Positions 1 to 13,600 of a DNA stretch of 64,000 nucleotides are shown one piece after another. Position 1 is the first letter of the stretch; every line of letters begins with the position of its first letter. Source of the DNA: the human T2T-CHM13v2.0 reference genome, Homo sapiens; assembly GCF_009914755.1 (NCBI RefSeq), contig NC_060939.1; one strand, written 5' to 3'. Under the pieces are notes generated by a model. That model made no database searches, had not been told where the DNA came from, and saw only the letters and a program-made list of their open reading frames with translations. The position numbers were made by a program, and so were the translations under genes.

Positions 1-1625
1 TGGAATGGAATGGAATGGAATCAACCTGGGTGGAATGGAATGGAATGGAATGGAATGGAATGGAATTGAATGGAATCAACCAGAAGGGATTGGAATGGAA
101 TGGAATGCAATGGAATGGAATGGAATGGAATCAACCCGAGTGTAATGGAATGGAATGCAATGGAGTGGAAGGGAATGGAATGGAATGGAATGCAATGCAA
201 TAGAATGGAATGGAAAGAAATGGAATGAAATAGCCTCGAATGCAACAGAATGGAATGTAATCAACTCGAGTGGAATGGAATGGAAAGGAGTGGAATGCAA
301 TGGAATGGAATGCAATAGAATGGAATTGAATGGAATGGAATGAAGTGGCCTCGAATGCAACAGAATGAAATGGAATCAACTCGAATGGAATGGAATGGAA
401 TGGAATGGAATGGAATGGAATGGAATGGAAATGAATCAACTGGAATGGAATGGAATGGAATGGAATGGAATGGAATGGAATGGAATCAACGCGAATGGAA
501 TGGAATGGAATGGAATGGAATGGAATGGAATGGAATGCAATGGACTCAAGCGGAGTGGAAAAGAATGTAACGGAATGGAAAGGAATGGAACATCCAGAGT
601 GGAATGGAATGGAATGGAATGGAATGGAATGGAATGGAATGGAATGGAATGGAATGGAATTTAATGGAGTCATCCCGAGTGGAATGGAATGGAATGGAAT
701 GGAATGGAATGGAATGGAATGGAATGGAATCACCCCGAGAGGAATCGAATGGAATGCAATGCAATGGAATGGAATGGAATGGCATCAACCCGAATGGAAT
801 GGAATAGAATGGAATGGAATTGAATGGAATGGAATGCTATCAACCCGAGTGGCATGGAATGGAATGGAAAGGAATGGAATCAAATGGAATGGAATGGAAT
901 GGAATGGAATGGAATGGAATGGAATGGAATGGAATGGAATCAACCCGAGTGGAATGCAATGGAAAGGAATGGAATGGAATGGAATGGAATGGAATGGAAT
1001 GGAATGGAATGGAATGGAATCAACCCGAGTGTAATGGAATGGAATGGAATGGAATGGAATGGAATGGAATCAACCCGAGTGGAATGGAGTGGAATGGAAT
1101 GGAATGGAATGGAATGGAATCAACCCAAGTGGAATGGAATGGAATGGAATGGAATGGAATGGAATCAACCCGAGGGGAATGGAATGGAATGCAATGGAAT
1201 GGAATGGTATGGAATGGAATGGAAAGGAATGGAATCAACCTGAGTGGAATGGAATGGAATGGAATGGAATGGAATCAACCCCAGTGTAGTGGAATGAAAG
1301 GAATGGAATGGAATGGAATGGAATGGAATAGAATCAACTAGAATGGAATGGAATGGAATGGAATGGAATGGAATGGAATCAACCCGAGTGGAATGCAATG
1401 GAAAGGAATGGAATGAAATGGAATGGAAGGGAATATAATGGAATGGAATGGAATGGAATCAACCCGAGTGCAATGGAATGGAATGGAATGGAATGGAATG
1501 GAATGCATTGGAATGGCATGGAATGGAATGGAATCGAATGGAATCAATTCGAGTGGAATGGAATGGAATGGAATGGAATAGATTGGAATGGAATGGAATG
1601 GAATGGAATGGAATGGAATGGAATG
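1..1625 (+). repeat. Human satellite III (HSat3), canonical (GGAAT)n with ATCAACCCGAGT-type interruptions
   Basis: Long perfect GGAAT runs interrupted every ~40-110 bp by TCAACCCGAGT or variants (e.g. ~130, 840, 940, 1020, 1070, 1379, 1459; last variant TCAATTCGAGT ~1543). This motif is the established hallmark of classical satellite III. Confidence 0.95.
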
Positions 1626-4600
1626 GAGTGGGATGGATTACAGTGGAGTGGAGTGGAGTGTTATGGAGAGGAGTGGACTGTAGTGGAATGGAATTGAATG
1701 GACCAGAGTGGAATAGTGTGGAATCGAGTTCGGTGGAATGGATTGGAATGGATTAAAGTGGAATGGAGTGGAGTGGAGTGGACTGGGGTGGAATGGAATG
1801 GAGTGGAGTGGAGTGCAACTGAGTGTAGTGGAGTGGAGTGGAACGGTATGGAGAGGAGAGGAATGGAATGGAATGGAATGGAAAGGAGTCAACTGGAATG
1901 GGATTGAGTGAAATGGAATGGAACAGATGGGAATGTAATGGAATGGCGTAGAGTGGAATGGAATGGAGTGAAGTGGAATGGATTCGATTGGAAAAGAAAG
2001 GATTGGATTGGAGTTGAGTGGAATGGAGTGGAGTGGAATGGAGTAGGCTGGAGTGGATTGAAGTGGAGTGGAGTGGAATGTACTCGAATGGAATGGAATG
2101 GAGTGGAGTGGAGTGCAATGGAATAGAATGGATTGAAGTGGAATGTAATGGAATGGAATGGAATGGAGTGGAATGTAATGGATTGGAAAGCGGAATGGAA
2201 TGGAATGTAACAGAGTGGAATGGAATGGAATGGAGTGGAGTGGAAGGCATGGAAAGAAGAGGAATGGATTTGAGATGAATAAAGTGGAATGGAATGCAGT
2301 GGAGCGGAATAAAATGGAAAGGAGTGGAACGGAATGGAATGGAGTGTAATGGAATGGAGTGGAGTGGAGTGGACTGGAGTGGAGTGCAGTGGAATGGAGT
2401 GGAATAGAATGGTGTAGAATGCAGTGGAATGGATTGGAGAGTGTAGAATGGAATGGAGTGTAGTGGAATTGAATAGAGCGGAGTGGAACCGAGTGGAGTG
2501 GAGTGGATTGGAGAGAGTTGTATTGAATGGAATGGAGGGGAAAGGATTGGAGTACAATGGAATGGAGTGGAATGGAATGGAACGGAGTGGGATGGAATGT
2601 AATGAATTGGAGTTGAGTGGAATTGAGTGTATTTGAATGGAGTTGTGTGTAATGGAATGGAATGGAGTGGAGTTGAATGAAAAGTAGAGGAATGGAATGG
2701 AAAGAAGGGAGTGCAGTGGAGCGGAGTGGAATGGAATGGACTGGAGTGGAGTGGAGTGGAGAGCAGTGGAGTGGAATGGAGTGGAGTTGAATTGAGTGGA
2801 GTGCAATGAGTGGAGTGGAGTGGAATGGAGTGGAGTGGAGGGGAATGAACTAGAGTGGAATGGAATGGAGTGGATTGGTATGGACTGGAGTGAAATGGAA
2901 AGGATTGGAGTGGAATGGAATGGAATGGAGTGGAGTGGAGTGGAGTGTGGTTGAATGGATTTGAGTGGAGTGGAGTGGTGTGGAATGGAATGGGGTGAAA
3001 TGGATTTGAACGGAGTTCAATGGAGTCAAATGGAGCGGAGTGGAGCGGAATGGAATGCAGTGGAGTGGGGTAGAGTGGATTGGAGTGGAGTGTTATGGAG
3101 AGGAGGGGAGTGTAGTGGAATCGAATGGACTGGAAGGGAATGGCATAGAATTGAATTGAGTGGAGAGGATTGGAATGGATTTGGGTGGAATGGACTGAAG
3201 TGGAATGGAATGGAGTGGAAAGGAATGGAGTGGAGTGGAGTGGAGTGCAACTGATTGGAGTGGAGTGGAGTAGAATGGAATGTAGAGGAGTGGAATGGAA
3301 TGGAATGGAATGGAAAGTAGTGAACTGGCATGGCATGGACTGAAGAAGAATGGAATAGGATGGGATGTAATGGAATGGAGTGGAGAGGAATGCAAAGGAG
3401 TGAACTGGAATGGAATGGACTGAAGTGGAATGGAATAGGATGGGATGTAACGGAATGAAGTAGAGAGGAATAGAATGGAGTGAAGTGGAATGGATTCAAA
3501 TAGACTAGAAAGAAGTGGGATGGAGTTGAGTGGAATGGAATGGAGTGGAATGGAGTTGGGTGGAGTGGAATGAAGTGGAGTGGAGTGGAATGTACTGGAA
3601 TGGAATGGAGAATAGTGGAGTGGAATGGAGTGGAATTTAGTGGAGTTGAGTGGAATGTACTGGAATGGATTGCAGTGGAATGGAGAGGAATGGAATGGAA
3701 CGTAGTGGAATGGAATGGAGTGGAGTGGAATGGAATGGATTGGATAGGAAAGGAATGGATGGAATGGAGTGCAATGGAATGGAATGGAGTGGAGTGGAAA
3801 GGAATGGAATTGAAGGGAATGGAATGCAGTGTAATAAAGTGCAATGGAATGCAGTGGAGTGGAATAAAATGGAGTGGAGTGGAACGGAATGGAATGGAGT
3901 GTAATGAAATGGAGTGGAGTGGAGTGCAGTGGAATGGAGTGGAATGGAATAGAATGGTGTGGAATGAAGTGGAATGGAGTGGAATGGAGTGGAGAGTGTG
4001 GAATGCAATGGAGTGGAGTGGAATTGTGTGGAATGGAATGGAGTGGAGTAGAATGCAATGTATTGGAAAGGAATGAAATAGACTGGAGTGGAATATTATG
4101 GATTGGAGTGGAGTAGAGTGGAGTGGAGTGGAGTTTAATGGAATGCAGTGGTGTGGAGTGGAGTGGAATGGAATGGAGTGGAGTGGACTACAGTGTAGTG
4201 GAGTGAAATGGACTGGAATGGAATGGAGTGGAGTAGAGAGAAGAGGATTGGAATGGATAGGAGTGGAATAGACTGGAATGGAATGGTGCAGAGTGAAATG
4301 GAGCTTACCAGAGTGGAAAGGAGTGGAAAGGAATGGAGTGTCATAAAATGGAACATGGTGGAGTTGAACTGAGTGGAGTGGAGAGGAATGAAGTGGAGAG
4401 GAATGAAGTGGAGTGGAATGGAGTGGAATGGAGTAGAATGAATCGGAGTGGAGAGGAATAGAGAGGAATGGTATGGAGAAGAGTGGAATGGAATGGAATG
4501 GAGTGGAATTGAATGGAGTGGAGTGGAGTGGAGTGGAATGCAGTGGAGTTGTGAGGAGTGGAAAAGAGTCGAGTGGCAGGGAATTGAAGGGAATGGAATG

Positions 4601-7600
4601 GAATTAAATGGAATGGAATGGAATAGTGTGGAATGGAGTGGAGTGGAATGGAGTGGAGTGCATTGGAATGGAGTGGAGGGGAGTGGAATGGAATGTAGTG
4701 GATTGGAGTGGCATTGAATGGAATGTAATGGATTGGAGTGGAATGGAGTGGAGTGCAGTGGAATGGACTAAAATGGAATGGAGTGGAGTATAGTAGAGTA
4801 GAGTACAGTGGAGTGGGGTAGAATGGAGTGGATTATGGTAGAGTAAAGTGGAATGGAGTGGAGAAGAATGGAATGGAGTGGATTGGAATAGAGTGGAGTG
4901 TAGTGGAATTGCGTGGAATGGAATGCAGTGGAGTGGCATAAAGTGGAATTGTTTGGAATGGAATACAATTGACTGGAATGGAATGGAGTGGAATTGAGTG
5001 GAGTGGAATGGAGTTGAGTGGAATGGATTGGAGTGGAGTGGAATGTAGTGGAGTGGAGTGGAGTGAAGTGGAGAGGAGGGGAATGGAGTGGAGTAAATTG
5101 GAGGAGTGTGGAATGTAGTGGAATGGAATGCTCTGGAGTGTAGTGTAGTGTATTGGAATGGAATGGAGTGGAGTTGCATGGAGTGGAGTGGAGTGGAATG
5201 GACTAGAATGGAGTGGAATTGAGTGGAGTGGAATGGAGTGCAGTGGAGTGGAGTGGAATGGAATGGAGTCTAGTGGAATGGAGTGGAATGGAGAGGAATG
5301 GAGTGGAATTTAATGGAGTGGAATGGAATGTAGTGGAGAGGAATGGAGTGGAGTGGAGTGGTGTGGAGTAGAGTGGAGTGGAATGAAGTGGAATGGAGGG
5401 GAATGGAGAGGAACGAAGTGTAGTGGAGTGGAATGGAATTAAGTGGAGCAGAATGGAATGGAGTGCAATGCTATGGAATGGAGTGGAGTAGAATGAAGTG
5501 GACTGGAGTGGAGTGTAGGGGAGTAATACAGAAAGGAATGGAGTGGAGTGGAGTGGAGTAGAGTGGAGTGGAGTGGAGTAGAGTGGAGTGGAGTGTCATG
5601 GAGTGGGGTGGAATGGAGTGGATTGGAATGGAATGGATTGGAATTAAATGGATTGGAGTGGAATTGAATGGAGGGGAATGGAATGGTGACAAATGGATTA
5701 GAAAGTATTTCAGTCGTGTGGAAAAAATGGAGTGGAAGGGAAAGGAAAGGAATTCAATGGAATGCACTGAAGTGGAGTGACATGGAGTGGACTGCAGTGG
5801 AATGAGGTAGAATGGAATGCAGTGGAGTGGAATGGAATGGAATGGAAAGGAAAGGAAAGTAATGGAATGGAGTTGTGTGTAATGGAATGGAGTGCAGTGT
5901 AATTGAGTGGACTGCAGTGAAGTGGAGTGGAATGGAGTTGAATGGAGGGGAATGAAGTGGAGTGGAGTGGAGGGGAAGGAAGTGGAGTGGACTAGAATGG
6001 AGTGGAATGGAGTGGAATGGAATGCAGTGGACAGGAATGGAATGGAGTGGAGTGCAGTGGATTAGAGTTGAGTGGAGTCGAGTGCAGTGGATTAGAATGG
6101 AAAAGATTGCAATGGAGAGGAGAGGAATGGAATGGAGAGGGGTGGAATGGATTGCAATGGAGTGGAATGGAATGGAATGGAGTTTAGTTGAGTAGAGTGG
6201 AGTGGAAAGGAGTGGGGTGGAATGGAGTTGAGTGGATTGGAGAGGAATGGAATCGAGTGGAGTCAAATTGAAAAGAGTGGAGTGGAATTGAGTGGAATGG
6301 ATTGCAGCGGAGTGGAATTGTGTAGAATGGAATGAAGTGGAATGGAGTGGAGTGGAGTCGAGTGGAGTGGAGTCGAATGGAGTGGAGTGGAATGGAGTGG
6401 AGTGGAATGGAGTGGAGTGGGGTGGAATGGGGTGAAATGGAATGGAATTAAGTGTAAAGGAATTCAGTAGAGGAGAATGGAATGGAGTGCAGAGGAACGT
6501 AATGAAATTCATAGGAGTGGAATGGAATGGAATGGAATAGAATGGGATGGAATGCAGTGGAGTTGAGTGGAATGGATTGGAGAGGAATGGAATGTAGTAG
6601 AATGGAAAGCAGTGGAATGGAATGGCGTGGAATGGAATGGAAAGCTCTGAATTGGTGTTGAATGGAATTGAGTGGATGGAGTGGAAAGGAGTGAAGTGGA
6701 ATGGGGTGGAATGGAATGAAATGGAGTGGAATGGAATGGAATGCAATGGAGTGTTGTGGAATGGATTGGATTGGAGTAGAATTAAGTGGACTGGAGTGGT
6801 GTGCAGTGGAATCAAGTGGTGTGGAGTGGAATGAAGCGGAGTTTAGTGGAATGGAGTGGAAAGGAATGGAGTGGAGTGGAAAGGAATAGATTGGATTGGA
6901 GTAAAGTGCAATGGAGTGGAGTGGAGTGGAGTGCAATGCAATGCAGTGGAGTGGAGAGGTGAGGAATGGAATGGAGTTGAAAGGAATGGAGTAGAGTGGA
7001 GTGGAAAGGACTGGAATGGAATGGAGTGGAGTGGAGTAGAGTGGAGTGTAGAGGAGAGGGGTCGAATGGAGTGGGGTGGAGTGGAATGGAATGGAATGGA
7101 GTGGAGTAAAATGGACTGGCTTGGAGTGGCACCGAGTAGAATGGAATGGAGTGGAATGAAATGCTGTTGAAGGGAATAAAATGGAGTGGCGTGGAATGGA
7201 ATGGAATGGAGTGGAGTGGAGTGGAATGGAGTGCAGTGGAGTGGAATGGAGTGGAATGGAATGGAGTGGAGAAGAATGGAATTTAGTAGAGTGGAGAAGA
7301 GTGGAGTGGAGTGGAGTGGAATGGAACGAAGTGCAGTGGACTGAAGTGGAGAGCAAAGGAATGGATTAAAGTGGAATTGAGGGGAGTGGAATAGGAAGGA
7401 GTAGAGTGGAATGGTGTGGAATGGATTGGAATGCAATGTAGTGGAATGTAGTGGAGAAGAGTGGAATGGAATTGAGTACAGTGGATTAAAATGGAATGGA
7501 GTTGATTGAAATGGAATGTAGTGGAATGGAATGAAGTGGAGGGGAGTGGTGTTTAGTGGAGTGTAGTGGAATGGAGTGGAATTGAATGGAATGGAGTGGA

Positions 7601-10600
7601 ATGGAGTGGAGTGCAGTGGAAGGGAATTAAGTGGAGTGGAATGGATGGAGTGGATCGGAGGGGAGTAGAATGGAGAGGACTGGAGTGAAGTGGAGTGCAG
7701 AAGATCGCAAATTAGTGGAGTGGAGTGGAATGGAATGGAATGGAGTTGAATGCAGTGGAATTTAGTTGAATGGAGTGCAGTGCAGTGGAATGGAATTAAG
7801 TGGAGTGGAATGGAATAGTGTGGAATGGAATGGAATGCAGTCGAGTAGAATGGTGGGGACTGGAGTAGAGTGGAGTGGAGTGGAATGAAAAGGAGTAGAG
7901 TGGACTGGAGAGGAATGGAGTAGAGTGGAAAGGAATGGAGTCGAGCAGAATGCAGTGGAGTGGAGAGGAATGGAGTGGAACGGAATGGAGAGGAGTGGAA
8001 TGGAGTGGAGTGGAATGGAATGGAATGGAATGGAGTGGAGTGTAATGGAATGGATTTGATTGGAGTCAATGGAGTGGAATGGAATGGAATGGAATGGAGT
8101 GGAATGGAGTGGAATGGAGTGGTGTGGCGTGGATGGAAATGGAATGGAGTGGAATGGAGAGGAAAGTAATGGAGTGGAGTGGAGTGGAATGGAATAAAGT
8201 GAAATGGAGTGGAATGGAACAGAGTTAAATGGAGTGGAATTGAGTGTAGTGGAGTGGAATGGAATCGAATGCAGTGGAATAAAATGGTGTGGAGGGGAAT
8301 GGAATGGAATGGAGTGGAATTGAATGGAGTGGAGTGCAGTGGTGTGGATATCAGTGGAGTGTAATTAAATGGAGAGTAATGGAATGGAATGGAGTGGAAT
8401 GGAGAGAAACGAAGTGGAGTGGAGTGGAATGGAATGGAGAGGAATGGTATGGAATGGAATGGAGAAGAATGAAGTGGACTGGAATGGAGTGGAGAGGAGT
8501 AGAATGGAAACGAGTGGAGTGGAGTTGAGTGGAGTGGAGATGAGTGGGGTAGATTGGAGTGGAGTGGAATGGAGTGGAGTGTAATGGAGTGGAGTGGAGT
8601 TGAGTGGAGTGGAGATGAGTGGGGTAGATTGGAGTGGAATTGAGTGGAGTGTAATGGAGTGGAGTGGAATTGCAGGGCATGGAAGGGCATGAAATGGATT
8701 GGAATGGTTTGCAGGGGTGTGGAAAAATTGGAGTGGAGGGGAGGGGATTCGTATGGAGTGGAATGGAATGGAGTGGAATGGAGTGCCTTGGAATGGAGTG
8801 GAATGGAATGGAATGGAGTATAATGGAGTGTTATGGAGAGGAGTGGAGTGGAATGGACTGGACTGAAATGGAGCGGAGTGGAGTGGGGTGGTATGATTAG
8901 GAGTGGATTCCAGTGGAATGTGATGGAATGTAGTGGAATGGAGTGCAGTGGAGTGGAATGGAGTGGAATGGAGTGGAGTGGACGGGAAAGGAATGTAGTG
9001 GAGTGGAATGGAATGAAAGTGAATGGAGTAGAGTGGAATGGAATGGAATGGAGTGGAGTGGAGTGGAATGGGATGGAGTGGAGTGGAATGGAATGGAGTG
9101 GAGTGGAACAGAGTGGACTGGTGTGGAATGGAAATTAATCGAATGGAGTTTAATACAGAGAAGTAAAATGAAATGGAATGTAGGGGAATGGATTTAGTGG
9201 AATGGAATGGAATGCCCGGAAGAGGAGAGGAATGGAGTGGAGTGAAGTGGAGAGGAGTGGAGTGGAATGGGGTGGAATGCAATGAAGTGGATTGGAATGG
9301 AATGGAATGAAAGGAATGGAATGGAGTGCTGTGGAAAGGAATGGAGATGAGTACAATGCAGTGGAATGGAATGGAGTGGAGTGCAGTGAATTAGAGTGGA
9401 CTTACTTGAAATGGAGTGGAAAGGAGTGTAAAGAAGTGAAATGGAATGGAATGGAGTGGAATGGAATGGAAGTCAGTGGGGTGGAGTGTAACGGAATGGA
9501 GTGGAGCAGAGTGGTGCGGAATTGTATGGAATGGAGTGGACTGGAGTGGAGTGGAATATAGTGGAGGTCAATTGAGAGGAGTGGAATGGAATAGGGTGAA
9601 ATGGAATGGAATGTAGTGGAATACAGTGGAATGGAGTGCAGTGGAGGGGAAAGGAGTGGAGTGGAATGGAATGGAATGGAGTGGAATGGATCGAGTGGAG
9701 TGGAATGGAATGTAGTAGAGTGGAACAGAGTTGAGTGGTGTGGAACGGTAGTAAGTGGAATGGAGTGGAACGGAGAGAAGTGAAATGGAGTTCAGTGGAA
9801 GAGAACGGATGTAGTGGAATGGAATGGAATGCCCTGAAGACGAGTGGAATGGAGTGGAGTGAAGAGGATTTGAGTGGAGTGGAATGGGGTGGAATGGAAT
9901 GAAGTGGAGTGGAATGGAATGGAATGGAATGAAATGGAATTGAATGCAGTAGTGTGGACAGGAATGGAATTGAGTACAATGGAGTGGACTGCAGTGGAGT
10001 GGAGTGGAAAGGAGTACAAAGGAGGGGAATGAAGTGCAGTGGAGTGGAATGTATTGGAATGGAATGGAGTTGAGTTGAATGGAATGGAGTGGAGAGGAAT
10101 GGAATGGAGTGTAGTAGAGTAGAGTGGTGTGGAATGGAATGAAATGGAATGCAGTGTTGTGGAGTGGAGTGGAATTGAATGTAGTGGAGTGGAATAGAGT
10201 GGTGTGGAGAGAAACTGGGATGGAATGAAGTGGAGTGGAGTAGAGTGGACTGGAGTGGAGTGGGGTGGAATGGAGTGGAGTGGAGTGGAATGGAATGCTG
10301 TGGAGTGGAATGGAGTGGAATGGAATGAAGTGGAGTGGAATAAAATAGAGTGAATGGGAATGGAGTGGAAAGGATGGAATTGAAGGGAGTGGAATGGAGT
10401 GGAGGGGAATGGAATGGAGTGCAGTTGAGAGGAAAGAATTGCAGTGGAGTGGAATGGAGAGGAATGGAATAAAGTGGAGTGGAGTGGAATTGAGTGGAGT
10501 CGTGTGGAATGGAGTTGAGTGGAGTACAATGGATTGGAAGGGAGTGGAGAGGAATGGAATGGAATGAAGTGCACTGGAATGAAGTGGAGTGGAATGGAAT

Positions 10601-13600
10601 GGAGTGGAGTGGAACGGAGTAGAGTGGAGGGCAATGGAGTGGAATGAAGTGGACTGGAGTGGAGTAGAGTGGAATGGAGTGGAGTGGAATAGGGTGGAGT
10701 GGAGAGGAGTGGAACGGAATAAGGTGAAATGGAATGCAATGGAGTGGAGTGGAGGGGAAAGGAATGGCGTGGAGTGGAATGGGATGGGATGGAATGGAAT
10801 GGACTGGAGTGGAATGCAATGGAGTTGACTGGAATGAAATGGAGTGGAGTGGAATGGAGTGGAGTGGAGTGTAATGGAGGGCAACGGAGTGGAAGGGGAG
10901 TGGAATGGAATGGAGGGAAGTTCAATTGAGTGGAGTGGAGTGTGGTCGAGTGGAAAGGGGTGAAATGGAATGGAATGGAGTGGAGTGGAATGGAATTGAG
11001 TGGAGTGAAGTGGAGTGGAATGGAATGGAGTGGAGTGGAGTGTAATGGAATGGAATTGAATGGAATGGACTGGAATGGAATGGATTGGAATGGAGTGGAC
11101 TTTAATGGAATGGAGTGTAATGCAGTGGAATAGAAAGGAGTGGAGAGGAATTGAGTGGAGTGGAATTGAATGCAGTAGAGTGGCACAGAGTGGAGGGGAG
11201 TGGAGTGAGTGACTTGAAATGAATGGAATGTTATGAAACGCAATGGCAAGGAATAGAATGGAATGGAGTGGAATGCAGTGAAATAGAGTCAACTGGAATG
11301 GAATGGAGTGGAAAGGAGTGGAAAGTTTTGGAATGCAATGTAATGGTAGGGAGTGGAATGGAACACAGTGGAGTGGAGTGGAATGGAGTGCACTGGAGTG
11401 GAATTCTGTAGAATGGTATGGAGTGGAGTGGAGTGGAATGGAGTGGAGGGGAATGGAGTGCAGTAGAATAGAATAGGTTGAAATGCTATGGAATGGAGTG
11501 GAAAGGAGTGGAGGGAGGGGAAAGAAATGGAATGGAGTGGAATGGAATGGAATGGAGTGGAGTGGAGTGGAATGGAATGGAGTCGAGTTTAATGCAATGT
11601 AGTGGAGTGGAACAGAATGGAGTGTTCTGTAATGGAAGGAAGTGGAATGGAGTGGAGTGAAGAGAAGTGAAATGGAATGGACTGGAGGGGAACATACGGA
11701 GTGGAATGGAATGAAATGCCCTGAAGTGGAGTGGAATGGAGTGGAATGAGGTGGAGTTGAGTGAAGGGGAATGGGGTGGAACGGAATGTAGTGGAGTGGA
11801 GTGGAATGGAATGGAATGGAATGGAATGGAATGGAAAGGAATGGAATGGAATGGAAAGGAATAGAGTGGTTTGGAAAGGAATGGATTGGAGTAAAATGGA
11901 GTGGACTGCATTGGAGTGGAGTGGAATGGATGGCACTGAAGGGGAATGAAGTTGTGGAGAGGAAAGTAGCGGAATGGAATGGGGTGGAGTGGAATGGAAT
12001 ATAGTGGAGAGGAATGGAATGGAGAGGAATGGAGTAGAGTGGAGTGCACTGGAGTGGAGTGGAATGGAATGGAATGCAGTGGGGTGGAATGGAATGGAAT
12101 GGAGTGGAGTAAACCAGAGTGGATTCGAGTGGAGTGGAATGGAATGCAGTGGAGAGGAGTGGAGTGGAATGGAATGGAGTGGAGTGAAAAGGATGTCAGT
12201 GGAGTGAAGTGGAGTGGAATTGAGTGGAGGGGAGTGGAATGAAATGGACATATTGGAACAGAGTGGAATGGAATGGAATGCACTGGAGGGGAGTGGAATG
12301 GAAAGGAGTGTATTGGAATAGAGTGGTGTGGAGTGGAAGGGACTGGAATGGAATTGAGTGGACTGGAGAAGAGTGGAGTGGATTGGAGTGGGCTGGAATG
12401 GAATGGAGTGGAGTGGAGTGGAATAGAATGGAGTGGAGCTGAATGGAGTGGAGTGGAGTGGAGTGGAATGGAATGCAGTGGAGTGGAATGGAGTGGAATG
12501 GAATGAAGTGGAGTAGAATGGAATGAAGTGGATTGGAATAAAATGGAGTGCAATGGAATGGATGGATTTCAAGGGAGTGGAATGGAGTGGAGTGGAATGG
12601 AGTGGTTTGGAATGGAGTGGAGTGGAGTGGAGTGGAATTGAGTGGAGTTGAGAGGAAAGAAGTGGACTGTAGTGGAATACAAGGAATGGAGTACAGTGGA
12701 GTGCAGTGGAATTGAGTCGATTGGAATTTATTGGAGTGAAGTGGAGTACACTGGAATGGAGGGGAGGGGAGTGGAATGGAATGGAATGCAGTGCACTGGA
12801 ATGAAGTGGAGTAGAATGGAAGGAATTGGAGTGGAATGGAGTGGAATGGAGGGCAATGGACTGGGACAGAGTGGAGTGAAGTGGAGTAGAGTATAGGGGA
12901 GTGGAATGGAGTGCAGTGGAGAGGAATGGAATAGGGTGAAATGGAATGGAATGGAGTAGAATGGAGAAGATTTGTGGGGAATGGAATGGAGAGCAGTGGA
13001 ATGGAATGGAATGCAATGGAATGGAGTGGAGTGGAATGGAATGTAGTAGAATGGAATGGAGGAGAAAGGAATAGAATGGAGTGGAATGGAATGGAATTGA
13101 ATAGAGTGGAATGGAGTGGAGTGGAATGGAGTGGACTGGAGTGGAATGGATTAGAGTGGAGTGCAGTGGAATGGCGTGGAGCGGTAGGGAATGGATTGTA
13201 GTGGAATGGAATGGAATGCAACAGAGTGGAGGGGAGTAGAGGGGAGTCGAATGCAATGTAGTGGAGTGGAGTGCACAAGAGTGGAGTGGAATGGAGTGGA
13301 ATGGAATGGAGTGGAATGGAATGTACTGGAATGGAGTGGAATGGAATTGAATAGAATAGAGTGGAATGGAATGGAATTGAATGGAGTGGAATGGAATGCA
13401 GAGGAGTGGAATGCAACAGAGTGGAAAGGAATGGAGTAGATGGATTGCAGTGGAGTGGAGTGGAGTGAAGTGGAGTGGAGTGGAGTTCAATGGAGGTGAG
13501 TGGAGTTGAGTGGAGTGGAGTGAAGTGGAATGGAGTGGAATGTAGTTGAGTGCAGTGGAATGGAGTAGAATGGAATGGAGTGGACTGGAATGGAGTGGAA

